From: the human T2T-CHM13v2.0 reference genome, Homo sapiens
Reading direction: 5' to 3' (one strand)
DNA length: 64,000 nt
Assembly (NCBI RefSeq): GCF_009914755.1
Contig: NC_060926.1
Shown here: positions 1-13,670 of the stretch, piece by piece
Layout: each line of letters opens with the position of its first letter
Position numbering within the stretch: the stretch's first letter is position 1
The notes under the pieces: model-generated
What the model was told of the DNA's origin: nothing
What the model saw: only the letters and a program-made list of their open reading frames with translations
Database searches by the model: none
Made by a program: the position numbers and the translations under genes

Positions 1-19
1 GTTTTATCTTAAGTACAAT

Positions 20-280
20 GTGAATCTTGTGGGAAGTTTCCAGAAGTCAGGGATGAAGTGCCATAATCAGATCTACTTTTGGAAAAAGTTGCTTTGGTTG
101 CATTATTTAGGGGCAGGAGAGCTTTAAGGTAATTCAGAGATAATAACAGTTTGGACTAGAGTTGCAGTTATGAAGATAGAAAGTAGGTGAAATGTAAAGA
201 CATACAGAAGGAAAATCTACACAACACTGACAATAGGAATTGAGGGAGAGAAAAGTATCAAGGAGAGACAAAGACTCTGC
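20..280 (-). mobile_element. L2 LINE fragment (continues at ~1240-1500 after an L1MC insertion)
   Basis: Degenerate purine-rich sequence (gtgccataatcagatctacttttggaaaaagttgctttgg; ttggactagagttgcag) resembling antisense L2. Confidence 0.6.
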
Positions 281-299
281 TGTATAAAAGTAAATGGAT

Positions 300-1218
300 T
301 TCAATAATGAGATAACACTACACACCTATTAGAATAGCTAAAATCCAAAGCTCTGGCATCACATGCTGACAAGAATGTGTAGCAATAGGAACTCACATTC
401 ATTACTGGTGGAAATGCAAAATGGCACAACCACTTTGGAAGACAGGTTGGCAGTTTCTGACAAAGCTAAACATAATCTTAACATATGATCCAGGATTACA
501 CTCCCAGTTATTTTTCTAAATGAGCTAAAGAATATGTTCGCACAGAAACCTATACACTAATGTTTATAACAGCTTTTATTCATAATTGCCAAAATGTGGA
601 AGCAACTAAGATGTCCTTCAGTAAGTGAATGGGCATACAAATTGTAGTACATTCATACAATAGAATATTCTTTAGCAATAAAAAGAAATGATCTATCAAG
701 GAACAAAAAGACATGAAGGAAACATTAATGCATATTTCTAATTGAAAGAAGCTAATCTGAAAAGGCTGCATGCTCTATAATTTCAATTACATGACATTTT
801 AAAAGAAGCAAAGCTATGGATACAGTAAAAAAAAAAAAAAAAAGTGATTGCCATGGTTCAGGGTTTGGGGAAGGGATGGAGGGATAAATAAGTGGACCAT
901 GGGGGATTTTTAGTGGAGTGAAGCTATTGTGAATGACAATATAAGGTGAATATATGACATTGTACATTTGGCAAAACCAGTAGAATTATACAGTACCACG
1001 AGTAAACCCTAATGTAAACTATAGACTCTGCTTAATAATAATGTATCAGTATTGGTTTATAAATTATAACAAATGTACCACATCAATGCAAAATAATAAT
1101 AAGGTTAATTAAGTACAGAAGGAGAGGGTATACATGGAAACTCTCTGTACTTTCTGCTCAGCTTTTCTCTAAATCTAAAATTTCTCTAAGAAATAGCCTA
1201 TTCAATTAAAAAAAAACT
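300..1218 (+). mobile_element. L1MC1/2-like LINE-1 3' end
   Basis: cactacacacctattagaatagctaaaatcc; ggtggaaatgcaaaatggcacaaccactttggaagac; gtaaaccctaatgtaaactatagact; A-rich end. Confidence 0.85.
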
Positions 1219-1239
1219 TCAAATACAGTTTTTTTTAAA

Positions 1240-1500
1240 AGACGACAGATGGCAATAATGTTTCCTTAAGTGAGAATGACTGGAAAAAAGCCACCTTGGG
1301 AGAAAGAACATTATATTTGTTTCAGATTCGTTGAGTGTAAGGTACCTTAAAATATCTAAAGGACATGTGAAAGAGCAGTTGAACTTCAGGTCTAGAGTTC
1401 AGAAGAAAGGTATAAGCTAAAAATATAAATATTAATCATTTGCAAATGGATGGTATTCGATGCTAAAAACAGTGATGGAATCTCCCAGGTGAGATTACAC
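1240..1500 (-). mobile_element. L2 fragment
   Basis: gttgagtgtaaggtacc...gagcagttgaacttcaggtctagagttcagaagaaagg resembles antisense L2. Confidence 0.6.
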
Positions 1501-1807
1501 TGAAGCACTACATGCCTCAGCCTCCATGTCTTGCTTTTGGAACTGACTACTATTAACATAAGGGACAAGAAAGGAAATAAGAGAGAATGGCTGTATTTGG
1601 TATTGGGTTTGTTCATGTTTTTGTTTTGTTTGAGTTTGTAAAAAGCATGTGTTGGAGAAATTTTGGAAGAAAGACTCTTAGAAAACTGGCCAAGAAATAA
1701 AGAGAAAAAGATGAGCCTGGGGACCAGAAATAAGTCTCTCTCAGCTAAAGCAAAAGTCACAGAGGAGAAAATACCCGTGGTGAAACCCAGTTAAAGAACT
1801 AGTTGTA

Positions 1808-2132
<325 letters not shown>

Positions 2133-2774
2133 CTAGGATGTTAGTGATTCATTAAAAACCAGGGTGGGCACACAGAGACTACTATATTATCTGTGGATCC
2201 TCGGCATGAATATAAGGTGAATTGAGAGTTTCATAAACCAGTGGGGGATTAAAGCCAGTGAGAGTAGAAAGGGGGGTGAGAAGTTTAGCTGGAACAGATT
2301 TCAGTAGATATTCTCGTGCTAATCCTTGTTACATCTATAAAGGATAGCCCTGAAATAGTTGTACTATATGCCCCCCTTGAAAAGATATTCAGCTTGGCTT
2401 CTGAAGGAAACAGAACTTATTGCATATAAAAAGACCTTAGGAAATTTGGGAGAATGGGTAGTCTGGAACAGGAACAGGTTGTACCTCACAGTTTTACATA
2501 CTCATTTAGGAGGGCTTACATAAGCATTTCAGGGTAGGATGACTAGGGCTAAAGTCTCTCATTTCCAGGAATTCTCAAGAATCTAGATGCAGCCTATATA
2601 ACTTATGTCCCATAACTAAGTTTTCTTCAATGTGAATATAACGTTTTGATATGGCTCTTGGGAAGTGTGAATGCCTAGTATTCCATGTATTTCCATAAGT
2701 ACTGATGCAGGGATTAGGACACTCCAGGAATAACCTATAAAACAAAAAATTACATGCACATATTTATTGAGACA

Positions 2775-4700
2775 GTGACCTCTGTTAATAGCAGACTGGA
2801 TAATTTAAACCAACTTTCCCCCTTGGAATAATTAAAACTACTAGACATTAGAAAGCTAACGAAATAGTGAACAACTGTCAGAACTTGATATGGAGGAGTG
2901 TAGATACATAGAAAGGTGAGCCCGGCTTTTCAAGCTCCTTTTCCTTGGCAACACTTGTCAGTTTCAGAGAGGATGGCCAAGAAAGTGAGGAGTGTTTTGG
3001 GTCATCTTCTGGGGCTAAGTGGATAGAAATTGGAAATCATAACCTACTAATAGTGGCCCTGGTCACTACCTTTTCCCTTGGGTTTACAATTAGGAATAAA
3101 GGTGAACTCCAAGGAGGAAGTACATAGGTCTTCGTAGGTACTAAAAAACTCAGTTTCAAATATGTTTTATCTCTAAGATTGGAATTAAAGTGTTCCTAAA
3201 TTGCCAGTGCCCTCAGGTACCTGGCAGAAGCAAATTATAAGTCCCTCTCTGAAAGAAGATAGCATTATCTAGGCCATACATTGTTTCTACACATAATTTT
3301 GCAAATATAATGCCTCACATACAATCATAAACAACAGGGCATATAAGGATGAGGAGATAAGACTATGTGAACAGAAACAATAGAAGCAGTAGACAACAGA
3401 AACAGACCCCTGGGGCTCAATATATTCAAATTGTCAACACAGCCTGAAAAAAAAAAAAAACTATACTTACTGTGTTTGAGCAATAAAAAATTGATTAAAA
3501 ATTTTAGCATAAAAGTAAAAGCTATTGACATAGCACGAAATGCAAATTCTAGAACTGAAAAATGAAGTAACCAAAAATAAAAAATCAGTGGGTTTAAGTG
3601 TGGATTAGACATGCCTAAGGGGATAGTGGCAAAATAGAAGAGAGATAAAAAAAAATGCCTCAAAGAAAATATAAAGACAGCAGACCACTGAAAAAATAAA
3701 AGGAAGGGAAAAAACCAGACACATAGAAAATAGTCATAAAGTCTAATACACACAGATTTGGAGTGTCAGAGGAGAACAGGGGATGAGACAGAAGCAGCAG
3801 TGAAGAGATAACTGCTGAAAAATCTTCCAAACTATGAGAAACATTAAGCCTCAGAGTCTAGAAACCCTGAGAACTTCAAGCAAGATAAAATAAAATAAAA
3901 CAAAGCAAAACAAAACTACACATAGGCACCTTATATTAAAACTACTAATACTAAAAGAAAACTAAAGAACTTAAAAACAGGTTAAAAAAGAGAGATTATC
4001 TTTTAAGGATCAGCCATTACAGTAACCTCTGACTCGTTAACAAAAACTGTAAAATTCAGAAGACCTGGGATATCTTCAAAATACTGAGGGAAAAGCTCAG
4101 ATAATGTAAAATTATATTCCAAGTGGAAAATATCATTTAAAAATTAAGATAACCATAAATAGATTTTCAGAAAAGCAAATATGATAAAATGTATTATCAT
4201 CAGACCCACATTAAAGTAAATAGTAAAGGGTACTTTTTAGTGAAGGGTACATTAAAGTAAGTAGTGAAAGATAATTATCTCAGATGAGGACTCTTCAATA
4301 AATAAAGGAAAAGAAAGCATTGAAATTCAGGAAAATATAAATTGATAGTGATTGAGTACATCAATATTAGTAATGTCTTGAAATTAAAATATACATTAAA
4401 ATGAAATACAATACAAAAATGGCTTATAGGTTGGAACGGGAGAGAATTAAGTGTTCTAAGGAGACTGCATTGTCAATAGTTATGTACAGACAAGAGTATA
4501 TATCCTTACATATACAAGAGTGTATATACATACATATATACATACATATACTCTTGTCTGTAGCTACATATGCAAGAGTGATACATACATATACTCTTGT
4601 CTGTAGATAACTATTGAGAAGATAGTTTAAGAGTGTACATCCTCTAAACACACTGAAGAAAAATAATAGAATGATACAAACAGATAAAAAAGGAGAGAAA
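2775..4700 (+). mobile_element. Ancient L1M (5' region and ORF1 remnant), continuing as ORF2 remnant at 5900-7165
   Basis: A-rich degenerate L1 motifs: cctggcagaagcaaat, aaattctagaactgaaaaat, atttggagtgtcagaggaga, atcttcaaaatactgaggg. Confidence 0.7.
4485..4606. repeat. Inverted plus direct repeat cluster with TA/CA-rich spacers
   Basis: tacagacaagagtatat (4485-4501) is the exact reverse complement of atatactcttgtctgta at 4546-4562 and 4589-4605. Confidence 0.9.
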
Positions 4701-4708
4701 AAGGAATA

Positions 4709-5897
4709 CAGTCATGTACTACATAAAAACGTTTCAGTCAATGATGGACCGTGTGTATATACAACAGTGGTCCCAGAAGATTATAATGGAGTTGAAAAAT
4801 TCTTGTTTCTTTCTGACATTGTAGCCATCATAATGGTAATGTAACATTATACTGCAACACATTACTCATGTGTTTCTAGTGATGCTGGTGTAAATCAATT
4901 TACTCCACTGCCAGTCATATAAAAGTATAGCATATACAATTATGTACAGTACATAGTACTTGATAGTCATAAGTGACTGTGTAACTGGTTTATGTATTCA
5001 CTATACTATTCTTTTTATTGTGATTTTAGAGTATACTCCTTGTACTTCTACAAAAAAAAGGCTAACTGCAAAACAGCCTTAGGCAGGTCCTTCAGGAGGT
5101 ATTCCAAAGAAGGCATCGTTACCAGAGGAGATGACAGCTCCATACTTGCTACTGCCCCTGAACACCTCCCAGTGGGACAAGGTGTGGAGGTGGAAGACAG
5201 TGATATTGATGATCCTGACCCTGTGTAGGCCTAGACTAGTGTGTGTGGTGTCTTCATTTTTGACAAAAAAGTTTAAAAAGCAAAAAATTTAAAGATTTAA
5301 AAATAGAAAAAAGCATATTGAATAAGGATATAAGGAAAGAGAATAATTTTGTACAGCTCTACAGTGTATTTGTGTTTTAAGCTAAGTATTATTAAAAGAG
5401 TCAAAAAGCTTCTAAAAACTAAAAAAATTACAAATTTTAAAAGTTACAGTATAATTAAAGAAAACATGTTTTATAAATTTAGTGTAGCCTAAGTATACAG
5501 TGTTTATAAAGTCTGTATTAGCATAGAGTAATGTCACAGGACTTCACACTCACTCACTACTCACTCGCTGACACACAGAGCAATTTTCAGACTTGAAAAC
5601 CCCATTCATAGTAGGTGCCCTATATGGTGTACCTTTTTTTTGTGTGTCTTTTATACCATACTTTTACTGTACCTTTTCTATGTTTAGATACACAAACACC
5701 ATTGTGTTAAAATTGCCTACAGTATTCAGTACAGTAACATGCTGTACAGGTTTGTAGCATACGAGCAATAGGCTATACAATATAATCTAGGTGTGTAGTA
5801 GGCTATACCACCTAGGTTTGTGTAAGCACACCTCACACAATGGTGAAATGGCCAAACTTCTTAGAACATATCCCTCTCATTAAGTGATGCATGACTG
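4709..5897 (+). mobile_element. Tigger3b (MER7B) non-autonomous TcMar-Tigger DNA transposon
   Basis: Termini cagtcatg...catgactg flanked by TA; gtggtcccagaagattataatggagttgaaaaattc; ~1.19 kb length. Confidence 0.9.
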
Positions 5898-6219
5898 TAT
5901 AGAACAGTAAGATTGCAAATTTAAACCACAGTACATCAGTAATTAAAGCAAATGAACTAAATATTCCAATTCAAAGACATATGTTGTCAGGCTGCATTTT
6001 AAAATAATTTTATATGTCTTACATAAGACAATAAGGATATAGTAAACTTGAAAAGCAAAGAATAGAAGATCATGACCAAGAGAAAGCTTGTGCCATTACA
6101 TTAACATCAAAGTAAAATTTAAGAGAAAAAGCATTACTAGAGGGAAAGAAGTACACACCATAAAGACAAAATATTTGATTTACCAGGAAGATATCAAATT
6201 TCTAAATTTTCGCCACCTA

Positions 6220-6562
<343 letters not shown>

Positions 6563-6869
6563 CTAAAAGAAGAAATAAACAATTCTATAATCATACTGGA
6601 GGATTTTTAACACATCACTCTCAGTAACTGATAGAACAAGCTGACAAAATTCAGTAAAAACATAGAATATTTGAATAGCATAATTAATTAATTTGATCAA
6701 TTAAACATATACTGTATAGAACAATTTTCCCAAAAACTGCAGAATAACTATTTTTTAAAATACATATGACATTTGTAAAAATTAACTATATTCTGGGTAA
6801 TTAACAAGCATCAACACATTTTAAATAATTGAAATCGCAGTCTATGGTATCTGGCAACAATTCCATTTA

Positions 6870-7061
<192 letters not shown>

Positions 7062-7169
7062 CTAGAAAAATCATATTTTGAAACCAAGAAATACAGTTCC
7101 AAAATAAGCCATATGTCAATGTAAAACATTGCCATTTAAATCAGAAAAAAAATATTTTAAACTAAATTA

Positions 7170-7417
7170 TGACTATGGTCTGAATGTTTGTGTCCTCCTC
7201 AGAATTCATGCTGAAATTCTAATTTGAAGGTGATGATATTAAAAGGTGGGGCTTTTTGGGAGGTGAGTAGGTCACAAGGGTAGAGCTCTTGTGAATAGGT
7301 TTAGTGTCCTTATAGAAGAGACCCCAGAGAGCTGTCTTGCCCGTCCACCAGGTGAGGACATAGCTAGAGGCTCCATCTATAAATCAGAAAGCAGACCTCA
7401 GCAAATACCAAATCTGA
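7170..7417 (+). mobile_element. MLT1A-like MaLR LTR, 3'-truncated
   Basis: tatggtctgaatgtttgtgtcc; ggtggggctttttgggaggtga; gtccttatagaagagaccccagagagct. Confidence 0.8.
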
Positions 7418-7429
7418 CGGGTTGTTTAC

Positions 7430-7940
7430 AGATACACAATGGAATCTTGGTCAACCATAAAAACGAATGAAATCTTATCATTCGAAGAAACATTGATGAA
7501 ATAGAGGACATTATGTTAAGTGTTTTTAAATCCATCACAGAAAGACAAATATCACATGTTCTCACTCATGTGGATGCTTTAAAAAACAATTGAACTCAGA
7601 GAGAGACTGAATGATGGTTAGCAGATTCTGGGAAAGGTAGTGGGACGTGGGGAATAAAGAAGGGTTGGTTAATGGGTACAAAAATACAGTTAGATGGAAT
7701 AAGATCTAGTGTTTGATAGCACAATAGAGTGGCTATAGTTAACAATAATTTATTGTATATTTCGAAATAACTAAAAGAATGGAATTGGAAAGTTCCTAAC
7801 ACAAAGAAATAATAAATACTTGAGGTGGGGGGTATCCCAATTGTCCTGATCTGATCATTACACATTATATACTTGTATCAAAATATCACATGTACCCATA
7901 AATATGTACAACAATTATGTATCCATAAAAATTAAAAGTA
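7430..7940 (+). mobile_element. L1MA (MA3-5-like) 3' end
   Basis: cacagaaagacaaatatcacatgttctcactc; ttggttaatgggtacaaaaatacagttagat; atcacatgtaccccataaatatgtacaac. Confidence 0.88.
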
Positions 7941-7947
7941 TTTTTTT

Positions 7948-8370
<423 letters not shown>

Positions 8371-8549
8371 TTACTCAGGACTTTTGAGGAAGCAAAAGGA
8401 AAAAGGGAGGAAAAGGCGAAAGAAGGAAGAGAGAGAGAAGGAACATGAAAACAAAATGAATTTTGATTCATGCCTTAAGGTTGTATTCATGGCTTTCAAT
8501 CTTTTCTCTCCCTCATGTGGTTTAAGGATGCTCGCCTAAGGCCTAGAGA

Positions 8550-8720
8550 TTTTTCAGCCAAACTTGGAGGAGTAAGATAGGATCTAAGGGAAGAACTCAG
8601 TGGGCCAGGTGTGGGGATGACTCCCTACCTCATTTCCAACAGAGTAGCTCTGCTTTTATCTGTTTAAATGTATTGGGCTTCTCTATAAGTCTAGATTTAA
8701 AGGGATTGGGTTTTTTAAAG
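8550..8720 (-). mobile_element. MER103C-like hAT relic, followed by a MIR fragment (~8725-8850)
   Basis: cagagtagctctgcttttatctgtttaaatgtattggg resembles MER103 as remembered. Confidence 0.5.
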
Positions 8721-9611
8721 CATTAATTTTATAAACAAGGAAAACAACTCTGAAAGGATGGAGTCACTACCCCAAGGTCGTAGAGACACTGGCAGAGTCA
8801 TCTGGCTAAACCAGGTCTTTTGAGTCCTCAATATATGCTTTTTCCACTACAACAGAGATGACGCAAATCATCATGTTCTCTAGGGGTATGAAAGTAGCCC
8901 TAAAACAAAGCAAACAAGCCAACAAAGGAAAGAAAATATGGCTCTGTTATTTGCCGTGACCTGTGCCTATTTTAGTATGTTACACTTTTTGTCAGCAAGA
9001 TCTCTAACTTCACCTCCCCAAGTCTACATCTACAGAGACGCTTGTGCTCTCTGAACTTGATCCCTTAACTCCCTTAACCTGTTGACTTTCCTGACGCACA
9101 ATTAGCCAGCACTGAACTGTTACCTACCAGACCTCTATGACTAGAAAAGAGAAAAAAAAAATCCTCGTCTATAGACTTTCAGAAAATTCATCCACGTGAT
9201 TAAACCACTGAATACCATTAATTGTTGAAAGCATTCAGAGGTATTTACAATTTAAAAGGTAAAAACATTTCTATGAACTAAATAATTTGTGGAAAATGTG
9301 ACTTTTGTAAAATAGTAACTAAATATATTGCTTTCTGGTAGCAAATATTTTGCTTAAAAACACTATCATATAGTGGTCCAAAGGGACTGGCATTATATAT
9401 GTTTCAATGTAGTTGAAAAGGAAGGTTAATGGGGCTGATATTTTGACCCCCAAATGCTGATGACTAATGAGAACTTATTGCCTAAAGCACACGAGATAGC
9501 AAAATAAAATCAAACTCATAGAAATCAATAATTAAACAGTTGTTGACAAATTCCATCCACCTATTTTTTCTGGCAGATATATGTTTGTGATTTTCATTTT
9601 AAGATTTGTCA

Positions 9612-10134
9612 GTCATTGGCATGGCTCATGCCTGTAATTCCAGTACTTTGGGAGGCCAAGTGCCTCTTTGATCTTAAGCATCAGTGAAAACTCATTGATA
9701 GATAGAGGAACACTTGAAGCCAGGAGTTGGAGATCAGCCTGGGCAACATAGTGAGACCCCTGTCTCTACAAAAATAAAAAAATTAGCCAAGCATGGTGGC
9801 ATGTCCCTGTAGTCCCAGCTACTCAGGAAGTGAAGGTGGGAGAGTTACTTGAGCCCAGGAGTTTGAGGTTACAGTGAGCTATGATTGTGCCCTGCACTCC
9901 TCTGGTGCATATAGCCTCTCATCACTAATTCCACTGATAAATCCTGCAGGGAATATAAACAGCCTCTCATCTCACTATTTGATGGCGTAAAAAGGCCTAT
10001 GCCTGACACCTAGAGCTTTAGCCTGCCCTTTCTGAACCAGATGGGCTTGCATAGAGACAGAAAGGAGAAGGGCTCTGTGTCTGGGTTAACAGAGTGACAC
10101 CATGTCTCCAAGAAACAAATAATAATAATAATAA
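9612..10134 (+). mobile_element. AluJ interrupted by two non-Alu insertions
   Basis: Alu segments at 9612-9660, ~9702-9900 and 10079-10134; (AAT)n tail; TSD taagatttgtca/taagatttatca at 9600-9611 and 10135-10146. Confidence 0.93.
9903..10078 (-). repeat. Inverted copy of 11168-11341
   Basis: Hand alignment gives about 22 mismatches and one 2-nt gap over ~176 nt (~87% identity). Confidence 0.95.
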
Positions 10135-11167
10135 TAAGATTTATCAATGGCAGTTATAGTATGATGGCACTGGATGCTTAATTCTAAGTAAAAAGCAGTA
10201 AAAACTGCAAAAACCATTTTAAAAAAGCTTCTTCTCAAGAATGTCATTCCTGAAGATGAGTTTACAAATGCAACAGCTCATCTGCACCATCAGGTACTTA
10301 AAGCATTAGTTACACAAACTCTATAGAAGCTTACTGACATTGGGGCTCAGTAGTTGACACGCTAAGCTCATAAACAAGTTTCTAGTGCAAAATCTTAGGG
10401 GAAATCAAGAAACTCTCAGTAATCCAGATAAATAAAACAATGTAAAGATTAATAGCAAAACTAAAAGACCAAGCTCTTTAATTCAGTAATTTTGGCACTG
10501 TGTACATATCTTGTAAGTGTATAGGCTTTGGGACAGCTTTTTCTCTCTCCTGTTATTTAAAAGCTTCTATTCACTTACTTGTGGAATTCTGGAAGATGGT
10601 TATAGTTACCAGAATTCACTATTCTATGTCAGTGGAGTATTGTATTAATTCAATAGTATCCTCATCAGACTCCTCCAGATCCATAAAGTTATCTAAATAT
10701 AAGTGTATCTTCAAAACTCATACATGTACACATACGCAAACATTTCTAGAGTCCCCTGCCTGATTCAGCAAACATTTATTGAGGGCTTTGCAGTCATCAG
10801 GTGCTGTAGGATTTGAGGATTCAAAAACTGAAGGAAAAAAATTCCTATGTCCTTTACACCTTTTTTAAACACTCATTTCTCAATTATTTGTGGAACTGAA
10901 GGGTAAAATTCTGTCTTATGGTTAAATCCCAGGTGAACTGATGATGGAATAGCTAATATTACAAGAACAAAGAAACCTTTCACAGTAAACGTAGGATTGG
11001 ACCACATTTAAGTCTTCTGTCTCAATGGAATAGGAACTGAGAGCAGGTGCAAATGTGGGACACATGTCTGGAAGGATAATGATGCAGCACGGTGTCTGGG
11101 TATTCTCTAATCCATCAGGAATAAAACTGACTGGATTAGAGCTTTCCTAGGGAGGAGAGGTCAGGGA

Positions 11168-11354
11168 ACAAAGCCCTTTTCCTTTCTGTCTCTAGGCAAG
11201 TCTATCTGGTTCAGAAAGGGTGGGCTAAAGCTCTAGGTGTCAGATGTAGGCCCTTTTATGCCATCAAATAGTGAGATGAGAGGCTCTTTATTCTCCCTAT
11301 AGGGTATCAGTGGAATTGGTGATGAGAGGCAACATGCATCAATGAAAACTCATT
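11168..11354 (+). repeat. Donor segment for the insertions in the AluJ
   Basis: Reverse complement of 11168-11341 matches 9903-10078; 11336-11354 matches 9678-9696 directly (18/19). Confidence 0.93.
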
Positions 11355-12059
11355 ATGACTCATCCCTTTGCAATTATCTAAGGGTCTCCCTCTGTGATAA
11401 AGAAATCATCAAAGAAATAGAACTTAACTGATTTAAAACGGTTTTTTTAAGTCATAAAGAATTGAAGGTTCCATAAAATGGAATCACATCAAAAGTGAGT
11501 CATTTGCCTGCATCATTGACAAGCTTTTTTTCCTGCCAATGAAGTCAGAGAACCACATTTATTCAGCTCTAAAATGGTAGCTTCAAACTCTACTACTTTC
11601 CTAACCACAGGCAGAACATCAATAATCACCACCTGAATTTGTAGTAGAGACAAATACTACCTTGACACCTGCAAGCAAGGCTTAACTAATGTTCTGTATA
11701 TTGTAAGAAGCTGTGCAGTTCTTACCTTCATTTACAAATAGCCTGGTAAAATGGAAAAGCATGACTTAGGGATCTAGGAAGAACTGTTCTCTTATTTTGG
11801 GGTTGGCTTTTTCCTCCTGCGGCACTTCCCATCTTCTTGCCTACTTTCCTGCCCATCATCCTTTCTCCCAAAGAATCAGGAAATCTATAAGAAAGCAATT
11901 TACTGTATCCCAAGGCCCCTCTGGGGATGGTGTCCACATTACCCAGACGGTGCCTCTTTGATCTTTAGCTATTATTTTATATTTTCCTATCCGTCAATTA
12001 CCAACTCCCCTTGAGGGTCTCACATGGCTATTTTTTTTCACCTAATTGCTGTCTATAAG

Positions 12060-12272
12060 GCATTACACCAAAGAGCAACAAAATACACAATCTTTCTAAG
12101 TAGACACGAAACATTTACCTAGAAAGACCATATTCTGGCCCGTAAAACAAATCTTAATAAACTTATAAGGATTGAAGTCATACAAACATTTTCTCTGACC
12201 ATAATTTAAAAAACTAAAAATCAATAACAGGATGATACCTGGAAAATTTCAAATTATGAAACTAACACATTA
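12060..12272 (+). mobile_element. L1M ORF2 fragment
   Basis: aagaccatattctggcccgtaaaacaaatcttaataaa; ttctctgaccataat; aaatcaataacagg. Confidence 0.75.
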
Positions 12273-12915
12273 CTTATTATTTTTAATTAATAAAAATTAT
12301 GTACATTTATGGCTGCAATGTGATGTTTAGATGTATGTAAACATTGTGGGATGATTAAATCAAGCTAATTAACATACCCATCACTTTACATAGTTACTGT
12401 GGTGAAAATATTTAAAATTTACTCTTAGCAAGTTTGAAATACATAATACATTATTATTGACTATAGTCACCATACTGTGCAATAGATCTCAAAAACTTAT
12501 TTCTCCTGCTAGCTGAAGCTTTCTACCCTATGACCAACATCTTCCCATCCCCCACCCCATCCCCAACTTCTGGTAACTACCATTGTACTATCTCTTTCTG
12601 TGAGTTCTACTTTTTAAAATTCCACATATAAGTGAGATCATGTAGTATTTGTCTTTCTTTGCCTGGCTTATTTCACTTAGCAAAATATCCTCCAGTTTCA
12701 CCCATGTTGCTGCAAATGACAGGGTTTCCTTCTATTTTGCGGTTGAGCATTATTTTATTGTGTATATATACCATATTTTCTTTATCCATTCATATATAGA
12801 TGGACATTGAAGTTGATTCCATATCTTGGCTATTGTAAATAGTCCTGCAATGAACAGTGCAATGAACAGCTTCAAGAGTGCAGATATCTCTTCAACATAC
12901 TGATTTCACATCTAT
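12273..12915 (-). mobile_element. L1MA (MA7/8-like) 3' end
   Basis: gattaaatcaagctaattaacatac; ttccacatataagtgagatcatgtagtatttgtcttt; cctggcttatttcacttagc. Confidence 0.88.
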
Positions 12916-13054
12916 TTTAGACTATTGCCTCAATCTTTCAATTAACTATGATTCCTCAATTTTTGCAATCAAGATTCCATCAAGGACTTACCATGTGCAC
13001 TACAGTTATGAAAACCCATCAGGAAGCTGCCTCTCATAGTTCTAAGTCCTTCCA

Positions 13055-13340
13055 TGGATTGGTGTGTGTTTGGCCCACACCATGTTTTATAAAAAACTCA
13101 AATAACTTGCCAATCATTTTTAAGTTAGAAGATTAAATGAAAATATAAATTTCTACCTTTTAGAGAAATTGGACAACGTGGCAATATTAGGACTGTACTC
13201 CATATGGCAACATTGCCTGGGGCTGAGTAGGGCTTGCTGGTTTTAGAGGTGCAGGCTACTCGATTTGCCACAGTCAGTCCTAATACGTTTTACTCATATT
13301 ATTGCTGGACAGCTTTTAGGCATGCAGTTTATAACCCTTA
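13055..13340 (+). mobile_element. MER102-like hAT-Charlie relic
   Basis: tgtttggcccacac; gtggcaatattagg; catatggcaacattgcctggggctgagtag; strand tentative. Confidence 0.6.
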
Positions 13341-13429
13341 TGGTTGGTGAATCAGTGGCACTATTCATCAGTGTGCAAAATGGCACTTGGACCTAATACA
13401 TTTATAATCTCTAAACCACTGGTAGAAAG

Positions 13430-13458
13430 TCATCATCATCATCATTATCATCATCATC
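13430..13458. repeat. (CAT)n microsatellite
   Basis: tcatcatcatcatcattatcatcatcatca. Confidence 0.9.
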
Positions 13459-13484
13459 AACGTTTTTTGACATTCACAACTGAT

Positions 13485-13670
13485 GATAAATGTTTATTGA
13501 GTGCTTACTATATGCTAAGCACTCTCTTAAATATTTTTTATAGATTAACTTATTTAATTTTCACACAATTCTGAGAGAAGTACTAATATGACTCGTATCT
13601 TAAAGGTAAGAAAGCTATGGCACAGAGAGGTTAAGTGGTTTGTCTGGTCATATGGCTCATAAGTGGTATT
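13485..13670 (-). mobile_element. MIR
   Basis: tttattgagtgcttactatatgctaagcact; aagaaagctatggcacagagaggttaagt. Confidence 0.8.

Noticed and set aside
12060-12915. Adjacent opposite-strand L1 pieces as a twin-priming inversion
   Set aside because: The + fragment abuts the 3' tail of the minus element rather than its 5' side, so these are more likely two separate insertions.
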